Shown one piece after another: positions 36,215 to 49,298 of a DNA stretch of 64,000 nucleotides (positions are counted from its first letter, which is position 1; every line of letters begins with the position of its first letter). The translations under genes and the position numbers were made by a program. The notes below the pieces were generated by a model. It was given only the letters and a program-made list of their open reading frames with translations, was not told the DNA's origin and ran no database searches. The stretch is from Puccinia triticina (lineage: Eukaryota), in the NCBI GenBank assembly GCA_026914245.1, contig CP110440.1, positions 2,294,001 through 2,358,000 of the forward strand, read 5' to 3'.

Positions 36215-39200
36215 CAACGGTGTAAAAAGTCCGATACACGTATTTGTATTGACCCTGTATTGCTGCAGAATGTATAGGCAATACATTGTATTTGTATTGC
36301 ATCGCAAGTCCGATGTAATACATGTTGTACTCAGTTGGTGCTGCTGCGGATGCAATACAATACACCTTAGTGTATTGCATCCATGGATGCAATTACATGT
36401 ATTTTACATATACAGACCTCCAGACCAGAATCTGTATCGCTGGAACCGCGGCATCAAGTGTCACATCCCATGTTCATCAGCTTTCATGTAATATGTGACG
36501 TCAATGGTCAAGTTAACCGAGATTGCTGGCGGCTCAAGCTCCAAACTCTAAGTCCGTAACCTCCGGAGTCCGATTCCCACCTCCTGATTCCTTTCCAAAT
36601 CCACCGACTCCAAGGTAAGTTTTTTTTTATCTTTTTCCTCCAATCACCTCAAGATTCCGGAATTGATGTACTAATATCCAGCCTTTTTTCCCACAGAACT
36701 TCCTTAAATTTGCTGGCAACTGCTCCGGTGCGATTGCGCAATCGCTTCAATGGTTCGATCTTCCTCTTGCCGCCTCTCTGGTCAATCTACCCGAGCTTCC
36801 ACTCCAGTCAATGCACGCCGATCTGTCCGACAAGAGGAACAGAGAAACAGCGAGTCCATCCCTTCGTGCCAGCCCACCCCTAGTCAGAAATTTCGGCCCC
36901 GCAAGCGAGTCTCTAGCACCTCGTCTATTGCTCGCAAGCAAGGATCCACGTCAGCTTTGATACCGCAGAAATCACGAAGGAAGTCAAAAAAATCAGCAAT
37001 TGACGACTCCGAACCCAATGAGACCTTACCTTTACTGGACCTCGCTCAAGACTCGGACGAAGACAATTCTAAGGTTACTAAACGCACAAAAAAAAACCGA
37101 GCAGCTAATTTGACTGAGTTTGACGACATCAATATCTATTTCGAACTTCCAACATATGGGGAGGGTGAAGTAAGTCTTCTCTGAACACCTTACAATCTGT
37201 CATTTTGCTTTACTGACTGATTTACAACTTTTAGACTAGTGGGGAAAAGCTTTACTACAGGTGCAAATGGTGCGATCGTATCTACAAGAAGGGAGGGCGA
37301 ACAAGGTCTAATCTTTACAAGCATCGTGATGGAGACTCTGGACGAAACCCTTGCCCTTCAAGAAACGAAGCGATCAAGAACGGGGCAAACCTACCAATTA
37401 CCATCAAGGAAAAAATAGCTAAAAAAAATTCTGCAGACACCTTGAACAGGTTTGTGCACGGCGGGACCTTCGACAATCGGATATTGAACCAAATACTCGT
37501 CATGTGGCTCATGCAATCGGCGCTCCCTTGGATTCGACTCGAAGATACTTTACTCTCAATTTCTTTCAACTATGCTCGGGCGGGTGTCAAGCTCAATTCA
37601 CGAACGTGGGCTGCAACTGAAGCCCACCAATTATATGTCAACTTACAAGCAAAGGTTATTTCAAACCTCAAGGTGAGCAATCGGATTCATTCTTTTTCCG
37701 ACAAATACTTGGATTGTTAGCTTATTTGACCCCCCTTTGGCTTACCCAGTCAATTTCCTCAAAGTTTACATTAATCCATGACGTATGGACTACAAAAGGC
37801 AATCACCATGCCTTCCTTGGTATCGCGGCAGCTTACATCACGGACGATTGGATGTTTAAAATATGCCATCTTGGCATGAAGTATATCGCCTGGACTCACA
37901 AAGGGAAGTACCTCGCTGTTCCCTTTGCAAATATTATCACGAAGTCATCCCTTCATGAAAAGATGAGTGTTTTTATTTTATTTTGGTTTCCTCGCTTTTC
38001 ATTTGAAATACTTATCAATCAATCTATGCATTACTTTCAATTCATATACATCTTAGCTCAGACAACAGACTCAGGCTCAAACAATCGAACGATGACCGCC
38101 AAGGCCGACCGCTTAATCACCAAGAAAACCGGCACCAACCCAGGTCTTAGCGACAATCACATCCGCTGTGTTTGCCATAAGATTGCCTTGATAATAACGG
38201 CCGGGCTGAAGGCCATACGTACCGAGACAGAGGGCTTGACTAAGACCAAGAAGAAAACACTCGGATTTGTTCCTCAGCTCGATGCAATTACAGAAAGCAA
38301 CAACGAACTTGGCGGCTTTGTTTCTGGCGATGAGGAACTTGGAGATCCACTGGAAGATTCAGATGACGAAGACAGCACTATTGTTCCATTGGCAGTTCCA
38401 CCCACCCAGTCCGCCAAAATGCCGCAGACCATCGCCGAAATACTTGCTAAGGTGGATTTTGTTATTCAGAGGATAACCTCCTTGTCTTCCAAACGTTCGG
38501 AATTTGAGGTATGGCACTCCAAGCTGGACGATCCCGGGCCAACCCTCATTGCAGGGTATGGCATTCGATGGAATATTAAGTGGCAAAGTAGAGATCGAGC
38601 GTACCGCAGCCGCAATGTTATTAACAAACTGATTGAAAATGAGAAGGATCGGCAAGAACGAAAAGGTGGGAAAAGCTTCTTTGACGATCATGAGATCACC
38701 CGAGGCGACTGGGAAGTCGTCAAGCGATTGAATGATGTCCTCAGCGTAAGCAATCCTCTTGATTTTCCTGTTTTACCATTGTAATTGCTTCTTTCACTTG
38801 TAATTGCTTCTTTCACTTGTAATTGCTTCTTTCACTAATTTTCTAATAAATTTCTTACACACAGGAGTTCTATTTCATAACGAAAAAAATGGAGGGCGAC
38901 CACTCGTCAGCAGGCATGCTCCTACTCGAATACCAGTCAATTATTGATTTTCTCAAGGGACGCCTCTTGTCAACGACCGACTTCGAGCTCAAACCGATGT
39001 TCGGAGCAATGATCAAGAAGAGCGACACTTACCTCTCTGAGGCATTGCAGTGCGACGCAATACTCCTAGCGACAACTTTCAACCCTTCTTACCGGCTTTC
39101 AATTTTCCAGATATATTTTCCCTCTCACCAAGGATATGCGAAGACATTACTACAACAGAAATTCAATTACCAAAAATTGGAACTCGCTGCCGATTTGGAA

Positions 39201-40092
39201 TCAACACAACCTTCTCCCCCAGCTACATCGCAACAAGAACCAAACCATCATCGGCGTCCAATCGATGACATCGACCTGTTCCCTGCTGTCATGGATGCCG
39301 TGGTTACTGACGAGTTGGCCAACTATCTTGGCGGTAAATATAAATATCTTCCCTCCCAGGCAGACCAGTGCCTTGTATGGTGGAAAGTAAGTAGTTCCCA
39401 ATGTTTTAAACAAGTTGATTCAGATTTATAGCTTTGTAACTAATCTTGTGATTCTTATCTCCATCTCTTTATCCCAGGAACACCACGACGAGTTTCCCAT
39501 ACTGGCCTCCTTGGCCAAGGATTACCTAGCTTGCTCGGCAACATCAGCAAGCGTGGAAAGGTGCTTCTCCGCGGCGGCAGATGTTTGTGGACGAGATCGA
39601 GGGAGTTTATCCCCCAGAACAATCGAGAGATCAGTGAGTGTTCATCAATGGTTGCGGCAGGGATTTGAGGCGGATGGCAACTTTGAAACAGCTCAAGGGA
39701 TTGTGTCTCAAGAATTGGCCAGCTTGGAAGATGATAAAACCAAGGCAGCTACTGCCAAAGGTTGATTTTCTTTGCTTTAATTTATCTTTCTTTATTTTTC
39801 TAGTCATCATGTCTTTTTCTCCTGGCTTTCCTTCCCCTTCCCCTCGCCTAGAAATTCAAAAAAAAAACAAATGTAGAGAGAATACAAGGAATACTGTATC
39901 TGACTTGTATTGCATTTAGAATGCAATACAAATGGATTCTAATCTCTGTATCTGCAAAAATAAATACAATGTATTTATGGTGTATTGCAAATTTGATGCT
40001 ATACAAAGTATTCATGGACTCATGTATTCAAAAAAGTGCTATACACTGTATATGCCAATACATATACATGTATAGCACTTTTTACACCGTTG
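36215..40092 (+). mobile_element. putatively autonomous hAT transposon
   Basis: TIR CAACGGTGTAAAAAGT; 7-bp TSD CTTCCAG; TGTATTGCA subterminal repeats; transposase gene inside. Confidence 0.95.
36750..39765 (+). CDS. hAT transposase (about 858 aa; BED-like finger, DDE, dimerisation domain)
   Basis: Exons 36750-37169, 37235-37672, 37750-37962, 38050-38745, 38865-39386, 39478-39765; motifs CKWC..H..C, HDVWT, TTDSGSNN, CVCH, IRWN, WWK, ATSASVERCFS; 5' UTR intron 36615-36696; no stops in this model. Confidence 0.88.
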
Positions 40093-40502
40093 CTTCCAGG
40101 GCCCTCAAAATGTAAGCAGTCTGCCGCAGCCAGACTAGACAAGTCAGGGCTAGCGGAGAGCTGAGCGTGAAGAACAGCGCAGACTTGGCGTCTTTACATG
40201 AGTAAAACGTGTGGAATCCAACGGCTGCAGCACATGCGCAGCCAACCCAGTTACCATCTGCTTGGCCTCCCCGAGCCCGCGTCTAGGTCGGAATGGATGG
40301 TGGTGTTGCACTGGTGTGTAGTAAGGAGTGAGGGGGGAAGAAACATAGTGAGGGATGCGGGATGATGAGTAATTCATTCTTGGCCTTTGCCAATGAAGGC
40401 AGATGCACTGACATAGATTCCAACATCTACTGATGCGAGTTAAAATTTAACCGTACATTTGCATAAAATTTAACCGTACATTCACATTAAAATTTAACCG
40501 TA

Positions 40503-42449
40503 CACCCGGGGAGTCCCTCCACGTGGGGCCCACCGCGAATCCACGTGGATCCCACGGTGAACCGGTGGGGGAGGTTGGACCAGCGGCATTTGGTCCACAC
40601 GCCCTTGTGGGCATCACCAACCACATCACAAGGGCACCTTGTGATGCCCCCGAGGATTCCACGAGAGCTTTCAGCTTTCCGTGGGCCCCCCAAGGACTCC
40701 TTGTGATACCGACGCAAAGGTTGGGCCCACCCCTGGCCCACCATGGCTCAACTCGTGGGCCCCCCAACAATTAACCGTGATCCTGACGGAAGTGTTGGGC
40801 CCACAACTGGAAACCCCTCTGAACCGGTGGATTCCACCTGGCTCATTGGTGGGTTCCGCCGGTTTTAGGTGATCTGTCACATCCACTTTTGCGGGTGGTG
40901 TGAATTGGGTAGCCGGTACAGAGCAGATTGAATCCACAGGGTCAAGATATAGCAGAATGTGGTACCACACGCTGAATTGCACATCCAATAGCCATATTCA
41001 AAATAGAAGTAAATAGAAATAAAAAACAACAACCAAGAAGCAGAAAAGAGAAAAATGAGGAGGAAAACCAGTAATTACAATCAGGATACAAAAACAAAAC
41101 TAGAAAGAGTAGCTAATATTGGTGATCGAGGGTGGACTGTCGAATGGGCAAGCTGAGTCAAGGAGAGTTGAGGCAAAGATAAAAGATAAAAGATAGCTCG
41201 GGGAGGACTTGCGATGGTTTTTCAAGGCGCCCACTATTGCCCGCTGGATGAATCCGATGAGATCGGATGAATTGTCGTTGCCACAGGCTGGTGATCTGAA
41301 CAAAAGCTGTTTATTTTTGATTTCCAAAAGACCAGAAATGAACTAGAGCAGCAGGTGAAAGAATGATCATCAACATCAATAAGAAGAACAGATGATGATT
41401 TTTAATCAAGCTGAATATTGTGTTGAGGTACTACCTATTGGACAGGGCGAAGTAGCTTTTGGTGGGTGTGGAGGTTGAGGAGCTTCTTGTCCGTCGGGGG
41501 CTTGTAGAGCAACAAGAGGTCAGGCAGCAAGGATGTTGTTTGGGTCCAGCAACAAGAGCGAGTCAAGTGGGGCAAGGTGTGCCGCTTGAGGAGCGCCAGG
41601 ATCTCATGCCGGTCGTCATTGATTTCTACTAGCACTGTTCACGTAAGCTAAACATCAGCAAGATTGAAATAAAGTTTATCCCATTGTGCCAGCCAATTTG
41701 GCTGGGAAAGTATGCTGATGTATATCTCTCACATGGTCATAGATTTCTTACGTGAACAGTGCTACTATCTCTAGCCATAGCAAGTGGCCGATGTTCTTGA
41801 TACGGGTGTGGGCAAGGCGGTACTGGGAGGACTCATTTGGCGGAGATGGGCTGAGTGATCCTTGATGAAAAAATTGCGTTGATATTTGTTGAAGTCCGCA
41901 AAAGTCCCTTTGCCCTTGCAAGAGGCCTTTGTTGAATTATGGAGGTGGAAACCTAACCGGGGGAGCAGTGATTTGATGAGACTGACAAATCAGCAGCCGG
42001 TTCCTGGCTCCACCGGCATTGCTGATCATGTGTTTTCCCACGGGAATGACGAGGGGACCCCGTAAAACAGTGTTCTCGTTGGCTCCACCAGTGGCCCAGG
42101 GATGGCCGTGGAATCCTCGTCGGTGGGAACGACGAGGATATCCTGTTGAACAAAAAATAGAGGTTCCCATCGGCTCCACCGGGAGCCCAAAAGCAGCCGT
42201 GGAATCCTCGTCGGTGGGGACGACGAGGGAATCCTGTCGAACACATTTTGTGGTTTCGTCGGCTCCACCGTGAGTTTATCACGGGGAGACCCCAGGAGGG
42301 TGGAGACGACTGGGTATCCGGTCGTCTCCACCCATTTTTGACGGGTTGGTGATACCGACGGGGGCACAGTGAAATCCACGTGGGTTTCACAAAGCTGGCA
42401 TCACCCGTCGCATCCACGAACCTGCTTGCCAGGAAGTACCCCCGGCGTG
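40503..42449. mobile_element. non-autonomous CAC-terminated (EnSpm/CACTA-like) element
   Basis: Imperfect TIR CACCCGGGG / CCCCGGCGTG; TA on both sides; GC-rich CCACG/CGTGG subterminal repeats. Confidence 0.65.
41632..41762. mobile_element. small nested MITE, TA TSD
   Basis: TIR GCACTGTTCACGTAAG / CTTACGTGAACAGTGC flanked by TA. Confidence 0.7.
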
Positions 42450-42466
42450 TAGATATACATTAAAAT

Positions 42467-43151
42467 TTAACCGTAGATATGCATATGGACCATGACGCAG
42501 ATCCAACCGCAAACCATCACTGATGCAATTATATCCTCGAAAAGCTTAAATGTTCCGCGCGGTTGATCGTTGGTGGCCATACCAGCTATTTGCCTTCTGG
42601 CTGACTCAAGATCCGATTCAGGTATTTGTTTTCCTGTGACGACCGCTCGTTTACATTTCGGGCATTGAACCTTTCCTGCGACGCAAGGTATGTGGAAATC
42701 ATGGGCACACGCGATGCATCGTCTGAGTTCTTCACCTTGAACGAATGCAACCCGACAGACTGGACAGCTCTTCGTTGAACCAACATTCACGCCTACTTTC
42801 TGTTCGCCGGGTATACGTATACGAATTTCGCCATTGACCCCTGGATGAGATGAACTGAGGCTCACAGCTTCTCGGCTTCCTTCTGAATTCTATAAACAAT
42901 GGACCATAGTTCAGTCGCAAGGAATCTTTCATTGGGGGAATCGAGGCCTCCAACTTACCCCATGATTGGATGGCCCAGCTAAATCCGTGACTTCGCGACC
43001 GATTTTAAAACGATTATTCATCGCGAAGCATCTCCCAACAAGAATCTATTGAACATAAAATTTCGTACATTGTCTTAGACGATGAAAACCAAAGGAATGG
43101 TGATGAACGGTCTCATATACGTACCAGGCAAAGAAATAACCGGGCCGCCAT
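42467..43151 (-). CDS. signal-peptide RING-H2 protein with C-terminal hydrophobic helix (178 aa), copy C
   Basis: Exons 43151-43125 (MAARLFLCL), 43045-42959 (ILVGRCFAM...NHG), 42889-42467; CPVC...CAHDFHIPC...CPKCK; tail IIASVMVCGWICVMVHM. Confidence 0.8.
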
Positions 43152-43998
43152 AGGGGATATCGAAACACGGGTATGGCGCTGCCAAATGGTTTGGGATGAA
43201 TGATCGGATTAAAATCTAAGACAATTATCAAAAAGCGCGGGGCGCTGTTGTGAAAAGAAAACGGAGTGCTTGTGATTGTACGTGTTGGTTCCTGCGAAAG
43301 ACAAAGGATATTGGAACGAGGACATGCTTCCGAGGCCATTGACCTTCCTATCTTTTATATCGGTGCGTCAGGATACCCCCACGTGGAGAAGGCGCCAATT
43401 TCTTGCAACATGTTGTACGTCTGATGAAAAGTATCATTGAAACGGGCTTGGATGGATGAAGTGATGTGTAATTGAACTACCGTGAAACCTGTCTTCATAA
43501 CCTTTGGACCACAAGATGATTGTACGTTCCCGACGGATCTTCCTTTAGCCCGGTCGTCAAGCCGGACATGACATATACCCGGCCGAAGATGCCGGGTTTT
43601 TTCACTGATGACACCCCTATCAACACATGATTACAATGTTTAATTTTGATTAACACGTGTTGCAAGTATTGAACAACAAAGGAAGAAGTGAAGAAGGATA
43701 AAGCTGGCCAGAACTTGTTTCACAAATCTGGATGTGTTTATCGAGCTAGCTAGCTCGCTAAGGCTCTACACCATCATCATCAGATAAAAAAAGAAAAAAG
43801 AAAGCGGGTTGGAAAAAAAAAACCATCATAGCTAATGGATCACTTGATTAGTTTAACAAGGTTGGTCTGTCTAGACAGAAATAAAGAAACAAAGAAATAT
43901 CGGACACTTGGTGCACAGAAAGAAGAAAAAAGGGATTATAATATAAGCGGATGGAATTGAAACAAGAAAAAAAAAGTAAAGAAGACGAGAGAGTATTT

Positions 43999-46900
43999 TC
44001 AGGAGTCCCAGGTAGAGCTGACTCGAGACCTGCGACTACGCGGGGTGAAGTTGATAGCGCGAGAGCCATCGGTAATGGAGCGCGTCAAGGAGGGGCCAGA
44101 GTCGGCGGCCTCTTCCGGGGTGGCGAAGGTGCCGTCCTGCTTGTTTCTTGAGAGGCTTGTTTTCATGGAGGGGTCGATGGAGATGGCGAGGGTGTTTGGA
44201 TTGAAGGGTTGGCTGCGCTGGGTGCGGAGGCCGCGGACCGAGGTGGGGCTGTCTCCTCCGGGCTTGGTGGGGACATGTTTCGGCGGGGATACGGTCGAGG
44301 CCGAGCGGCCCAACAAGACGGCCTTCCGATTCGCATTCTGCTCCGACGACGAGTCCGTCGGCTTGCTGCTGCCCCCGCGAACACTCGATTGTTGGAGCAA
44401 GTATTTCTGCAGCTTGCTGTGCGAGCCCGGCGAGTGTGGGTCAGGGATCACCTGCAGGTTCGCCGACAGGATCCACTTCGGAAGCCAGCCCCTTTCGCCA
44501 CTCGATTCGCGGAGACAATACACCCAGTGGAAGCGCGTCTTGTGGTTAAACACCCGGATCTTCTCGCCCTGCATCACGTTCGTGAGCTCCCCAGACCAGG
44601 TGGTGGGCTGCGATTGGAACGCGACCAGCAAGACTTTGACCGTCGTCAGATTCTCTAGATCGAAACATTCACTCGCTCCATCCAACGGGCTTGAGATCAG
44701 GTGCTTGAGCGAGGTTCCGTTGGCGCTCACTGTGCGCATCGATTGCGTACTTTCCAGAATGCAGCTCTCGGACACCCAGCCGACGTTGTCACTGGATGAC
44801 TCATTGACGAAGCGGGTCGGGGAGGGCGAAGGAGTCACGTGTGTGCCCGACAGAGGTGAGCCGAGAACATTGCTTTCCCTCTCTAAATAGTATCTGCCTT
44901 TTGACTGACACCCAAAGTACAAAAAGACAGCATCAGTTATCGCAGCCTCAAGGGACCCCTCACATTAAAATTGACTTACATGAGATCTCAGTTTAAATGA
45001 CTCCCCAGCTTTGATGGTCAACTCTCCTGGAGCCTCGGCTTGGTAGCCACAAATTGCTAGACCATAAGCCAGGGGTTTGGATTCGGTTTCCGGCTTCTTG
45101 TTTTCCCCATCAGGCCCGGACTTGGAATCATCGGGAGTGAGCTCCTCCTCGAGGTTGAAGCTCAGGTTCTTCTTGCGGCTGTTTGCGACCAGTCTCAACG
45201 GGGAAGGGATCTCTTCAATGGAGCGGATCGCGAAGTCGACGCCCTCGCGGGATCGGAACGAGCGATAGACTTTCAGAGGGATGTCGTCGTAGCTCAGACA
45301 GTATTCCTTGACGTCGTTGATCCTGAGTAGCAAGACATGCTTTGCCCATGCATGATGTTCATCAGCACAGAAGGCCGAAAGGTGATTGGAAAGCACTTCG
45401 ATCACTGTCTGCTCGGTGTTTGATTTGACCCGCATACTGGTCTCCGTGTTGAGCCGCTTGAGTCGGGAGGCGGATCTGGGGTCGGAGCTGTTGAGCGTCT
45501 TGAGATTCGACGTAGAGGCCGATCGGTTGATGGACGACGGGCTCAACGGATTGAGGTCAGGCCGTGCAGTCGAAGGAGGCTTGGCATGGCTCTGCTCTTC
45601 CAGAAAGCCAGTCAGGATGGTCGTGCTCGAAGACCGTTTCCAGACACCACCAGCCCGGTTTTCGTTGAGAGCACCTCCGCTGCGCATCGACCGTGCACCA
45701 ATCCCTTGTGCTGGCGGCCCCACTCGCCGAGTCACCAATGAGGGCTTGCGAGCCGTGGTATGAGGTGTTGCTGGTGAACTGGATTGCGAGAGGGATTCAT
45801 CGGGCTTTGGGCCGGAGAATTTCCGGCGCAGGTCGGCCAAGCTGTGGATGGATTGATGCGAATTTCGAGAAGCGTTGGATGCAAAAGGCTTCTTGGGCGA
45901 GTGGGTGTTGGGCGAAAAGGCAAGGTTGTGGGGGGAGACCCCTGGTTGAGGAGTTCTGCTGCTGGACGAGGATGAGCTTGTGTCGGTATACGAGTCATCA
46001 ATTGCGCATTGCGGCGAGGAAGGGCCCTTTGCCAGCGCCTGTTTCTTGGTGGATTTGATGGGGGACGCAAGAGTGAAACGATCCAGGCCGCCAGTAGGGT
46101 GCTCTACTGAATCATGTAATTTGGTGGGGGTGTAATGCTCGACCGCGGAATCCGACTCATTCGAAGTAGTATCCTGCGCCTTGTGATGGCTAGAGGTCAG
46201 ACAAGTGATAGCCGTCCGGATCGACGACGCCGTGGTGGGTGGAGTAGAGTTTCCACTGTCAGCCGACGGTTTCGACGATTGCAGAGCCAACGAGTTGGGG
46301 CATGAATGCATCGCCCAATTCTGATAAAATTGGTACCCAAGTCAGCCTCAAATGTGGGCGCTGAGAGCTAGATGACCTTATGAGTTGAGTGCTGGACTGA
46401 CCGTATTGAAACTACTCAAACTATCGGTCCGTTCCCTGAGGAACTTGGTGGTTTCTTTCAGATTCCATACCTGATCTTCCAAGAGTCTGATTCGGTCACC
46501 TGCAAGACGCGACAGCAAGGATTCCGATCAGCCCAAAGGAAACCTTTTCAAGAGTGGAAATTCGAGACTTACTTTGGGTTTGGACACAAGTCCACAGGTC
46601 ACATTCTGGGTTTATTTGGTCACCTGCGAAGGCCAATCAAGTGGTTAGCCGCCAGCTGTTGTTATAATGTTGAATTTACCAAAGCACGAACCCATCATCT
46701 TAGGATTACTATCGGCCAAGTCGAAATTATCGGCGAGACCGGTAAGTTCATTGATCAAGCGCATCAGGCGCAATCTCTGGCCCACTTTGATGAAGCCCAA
46801 GTCTCTCAGGCACTCAGAATCCAGGTGGATCAACACGGTCCCATCGATTCCCTGCTCTGTGGAAGGGGAAAGTTGGTCTGATTCAGTTCCTTCAATCATC

Positions 46901-47130
46901 ACAAAAAAGGTAACCAGCCGGACTCAATTCCACTCACCTTCGCAGATGTGTGCCAGTTCGTCGTATCCCACCGCTTGGAGCCACCCCTTGACATCTTCCT
47001 CGGACCAGTCAGGCACGGGCGTGACGTTGTTAAAAAAGTTGATCGAGGTGCCGGGCATGTAGCTATCGGCGTGGTTTGATGCGGATGAGGAGGTGGACAT
47101 CGGCTGTGAGCTTTCTCCCGAGGGGCGCAT
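43999..47130 (-). CDS. ubc2: Ste50/Ubc2-type MAPK adaptor (SAM, RA, two SH3 domains)
   Basis: SAM (WSEEDVKGWL...EQGIDGTVLIHLD..LRDLG..KVGQRL); RA-like (CLSYDDIPLKVY..FAIR); SH3 (AICGYQAEAPGELTIKAGE) and SH3 (GELT...WVYC...GERGWLP); six exons with GT-AG introns. Orthology inferred from architecture only. Confidence 0.82.
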
Positions 47131-49256
47131 GATTTCCGGGCAGTAGTGATATCTAGGCGACGTAGTGCAAAGCGTCTATACGAGCTGAGATTCGGTCCAC
47201 AAATGCACAACGGGCACGAAATCGGGTCGAGATGTCCGGCGGGAGAGGTTCGATAGGCGTTTCTTGGTGGCCGGCTGTGGAGTATCTGGCCGGGCTGAAT
47301 TTCTAGCGAAATGGAGAAAAAAAAAAAAAAAAAAACACAGCGAAGCCAGCCATCAATTAATCTGCAATCTGCCGAGCACGTAAATACAATGTCCCCACTG
47401 ATGGGTAGACTCTGACATCATCCGAGGGATGAGCTGGAACCATAATCGGTAAAAGTCTCTTTCGCCGATGCGCATGTTTTTGAATTGCGAGGACGAGCAC
47501 CCAGTAACTTACGGATGATGAGTACCAGGCAGTTGAAAATATATATATATCTGATATGTTTATAGGGCAAGGTCCACCGTTGTGGGATTTTTTTCTGAAA
47601 GAGGAAGGCTGATATGGGGTTAATTTATTTAGAAGATATATAAATGGCGGATTTCCCGGGTGGTACCCAAAGCAGCGTGGATGGAGGGTTCACGAGACGA
47701 CGGTTAAGTATCTGATTGGCGGGACTGGGAGGGGTCGGTGCGGGCGGCCGGGAGCGTGTAGGAAGACAGGAGCTCAGATCACAGGGTCTTGAGAAGGCAA
47801 AGAACTCGAGTCATAAGCCGAGCAAGCCTGGGCTGGGGGATGGCGAGCTGGAGGAGAGGAGGCGGGGGCGAAGGTGAGTGGGAAGTCACTATACGGCTAT
47901 CGAAGAGGTTCCAGGCAGACTGGACTAAACAAGTTGCAGATTGCTGGGCTCGGGTTGGCTGGACTGGATGGTGGTCGGAGAGGAGATGGATGGAATCCGA
48001 TGCTGATGATACCGAAAGCAAGCTGGCAACACCTCCTTGGCTGTTCATCCACTGGAGCGAGTCTTGGAAGTGGTGTGTGTAGTAGTAGTGGCCGGAGTCT
48101 AGGCCAGCAGCATGGCTCAGGCTACATGGGAGCTTCCTCATGGCGACTGCACTCCGCCTCGGTTGCCGCTGGTTGGGCTCGACTCTCAAGCGATCCTCCT
48201 CGGCGACGACGCGGAGCCAGGCAGGAAGGCTTTGGCTCTTCATGAATCAGCACGTTGTTACCAGCTACGAGATATCTTTACATACTTGCTTGTTTGTACT
48301 GCGCTCATCAGTGCGGGGCCGACACCGCGTCGGCTTCGGTCGCCGGCGCGAGGTAACCAACAATACTCGGCTGCTGGCTGAGATGGTGTGAGCCAGGGCT
48401 CGGGTCTGGCCATCAGCTCATGGACAGTTACCCGCTGGGCAGGCCGGTCTCCACTGTCCACAATCAAGCGCGGGAAGGCCGACTCGAACTTCCTGGGCGC
48501 TCGCTTTGGTTTGAGGCCGACTGACCCCACGGGTCGCCGCGGACGGCAATTGGAGATGTCTCGGGACATGTGTTCTGATGTCCAGCGCTGCATCGGCTGG
48601 ATGACTCTGCTTGTTGGATTCTGGACGTTTCTCCAGAATGCACCCGCCGGATGCTCTCTGGATGCCTCACATGCCTCCCAGCCCGAACTTCCACTGTCTC
48701 CGAGCTTTTCTCCGAGGAGGCGCGAAGCATCTCCGAAGGAGAGGCACTAAAGACACGTTCTTCGCCTGAGGCTGACAGGCTTTTGCGCAGAAAATCATAA
48801 ATTGTGTATTTACATCTTTATTCCCTCTCTCTCTCTCTCAACTTTCAATTCATTGCCCCATATACCTGGTAGTTATAGCCCTCAATCTGAGCTGTCTTGT
48901 ACATAATTTTTCAAGCAAAACTATCAAAAACTTGCTCCTCAGTGTCCATTCTTGGGAGGGCTATTCCTGAGCCTTCCTGAGCAATGCGAAGAAGCCATCG
49001 GATCATCCGAAGGGGTCGGACACGCTCTCACGGTTTTTTCGAGCACATAGTTTATGTTTCAAGTTTAATTGGCCAATTTATTTTCTGGATCCTTATAATC
49101 TTTGCAATTAAAACATACTGGAGTTCTATGGGTTGAAGTTTTGTACAAAAAGAACCCAAGATACGAATTTGCTTGCATTGGTGGGAATTCAAACTGCAAG
49201 AGCCTTATCTTTGGGTGCTTGGGATCCAAGCTGAGACCAATATCTGCACCGCGGAG

Positions 49257-49298
49257 TCACGGCATACCAATCACGGCATACCAATCACGGCATACCAA
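49257..49298. repeat. 14-bp tandem repeat x3
   Basis: TCACGGCATACCAA. Confidence 0.8.

Larger units (their letters stand above)
40441..42476. repeat. four copies of a ~24-bp unit (AAAATTTAACCGTA) at the RING copy C stop codon, split by an insertion
   Basis: Copies at about 40442, 40465, 40489 and 42462. Confidence 0.75.

Noticed and set aside
44045..44890. 281-aa plus-strand ORF (and 20741-21298)
   Set aside because: Antisense shadow of the ubc2 last exon
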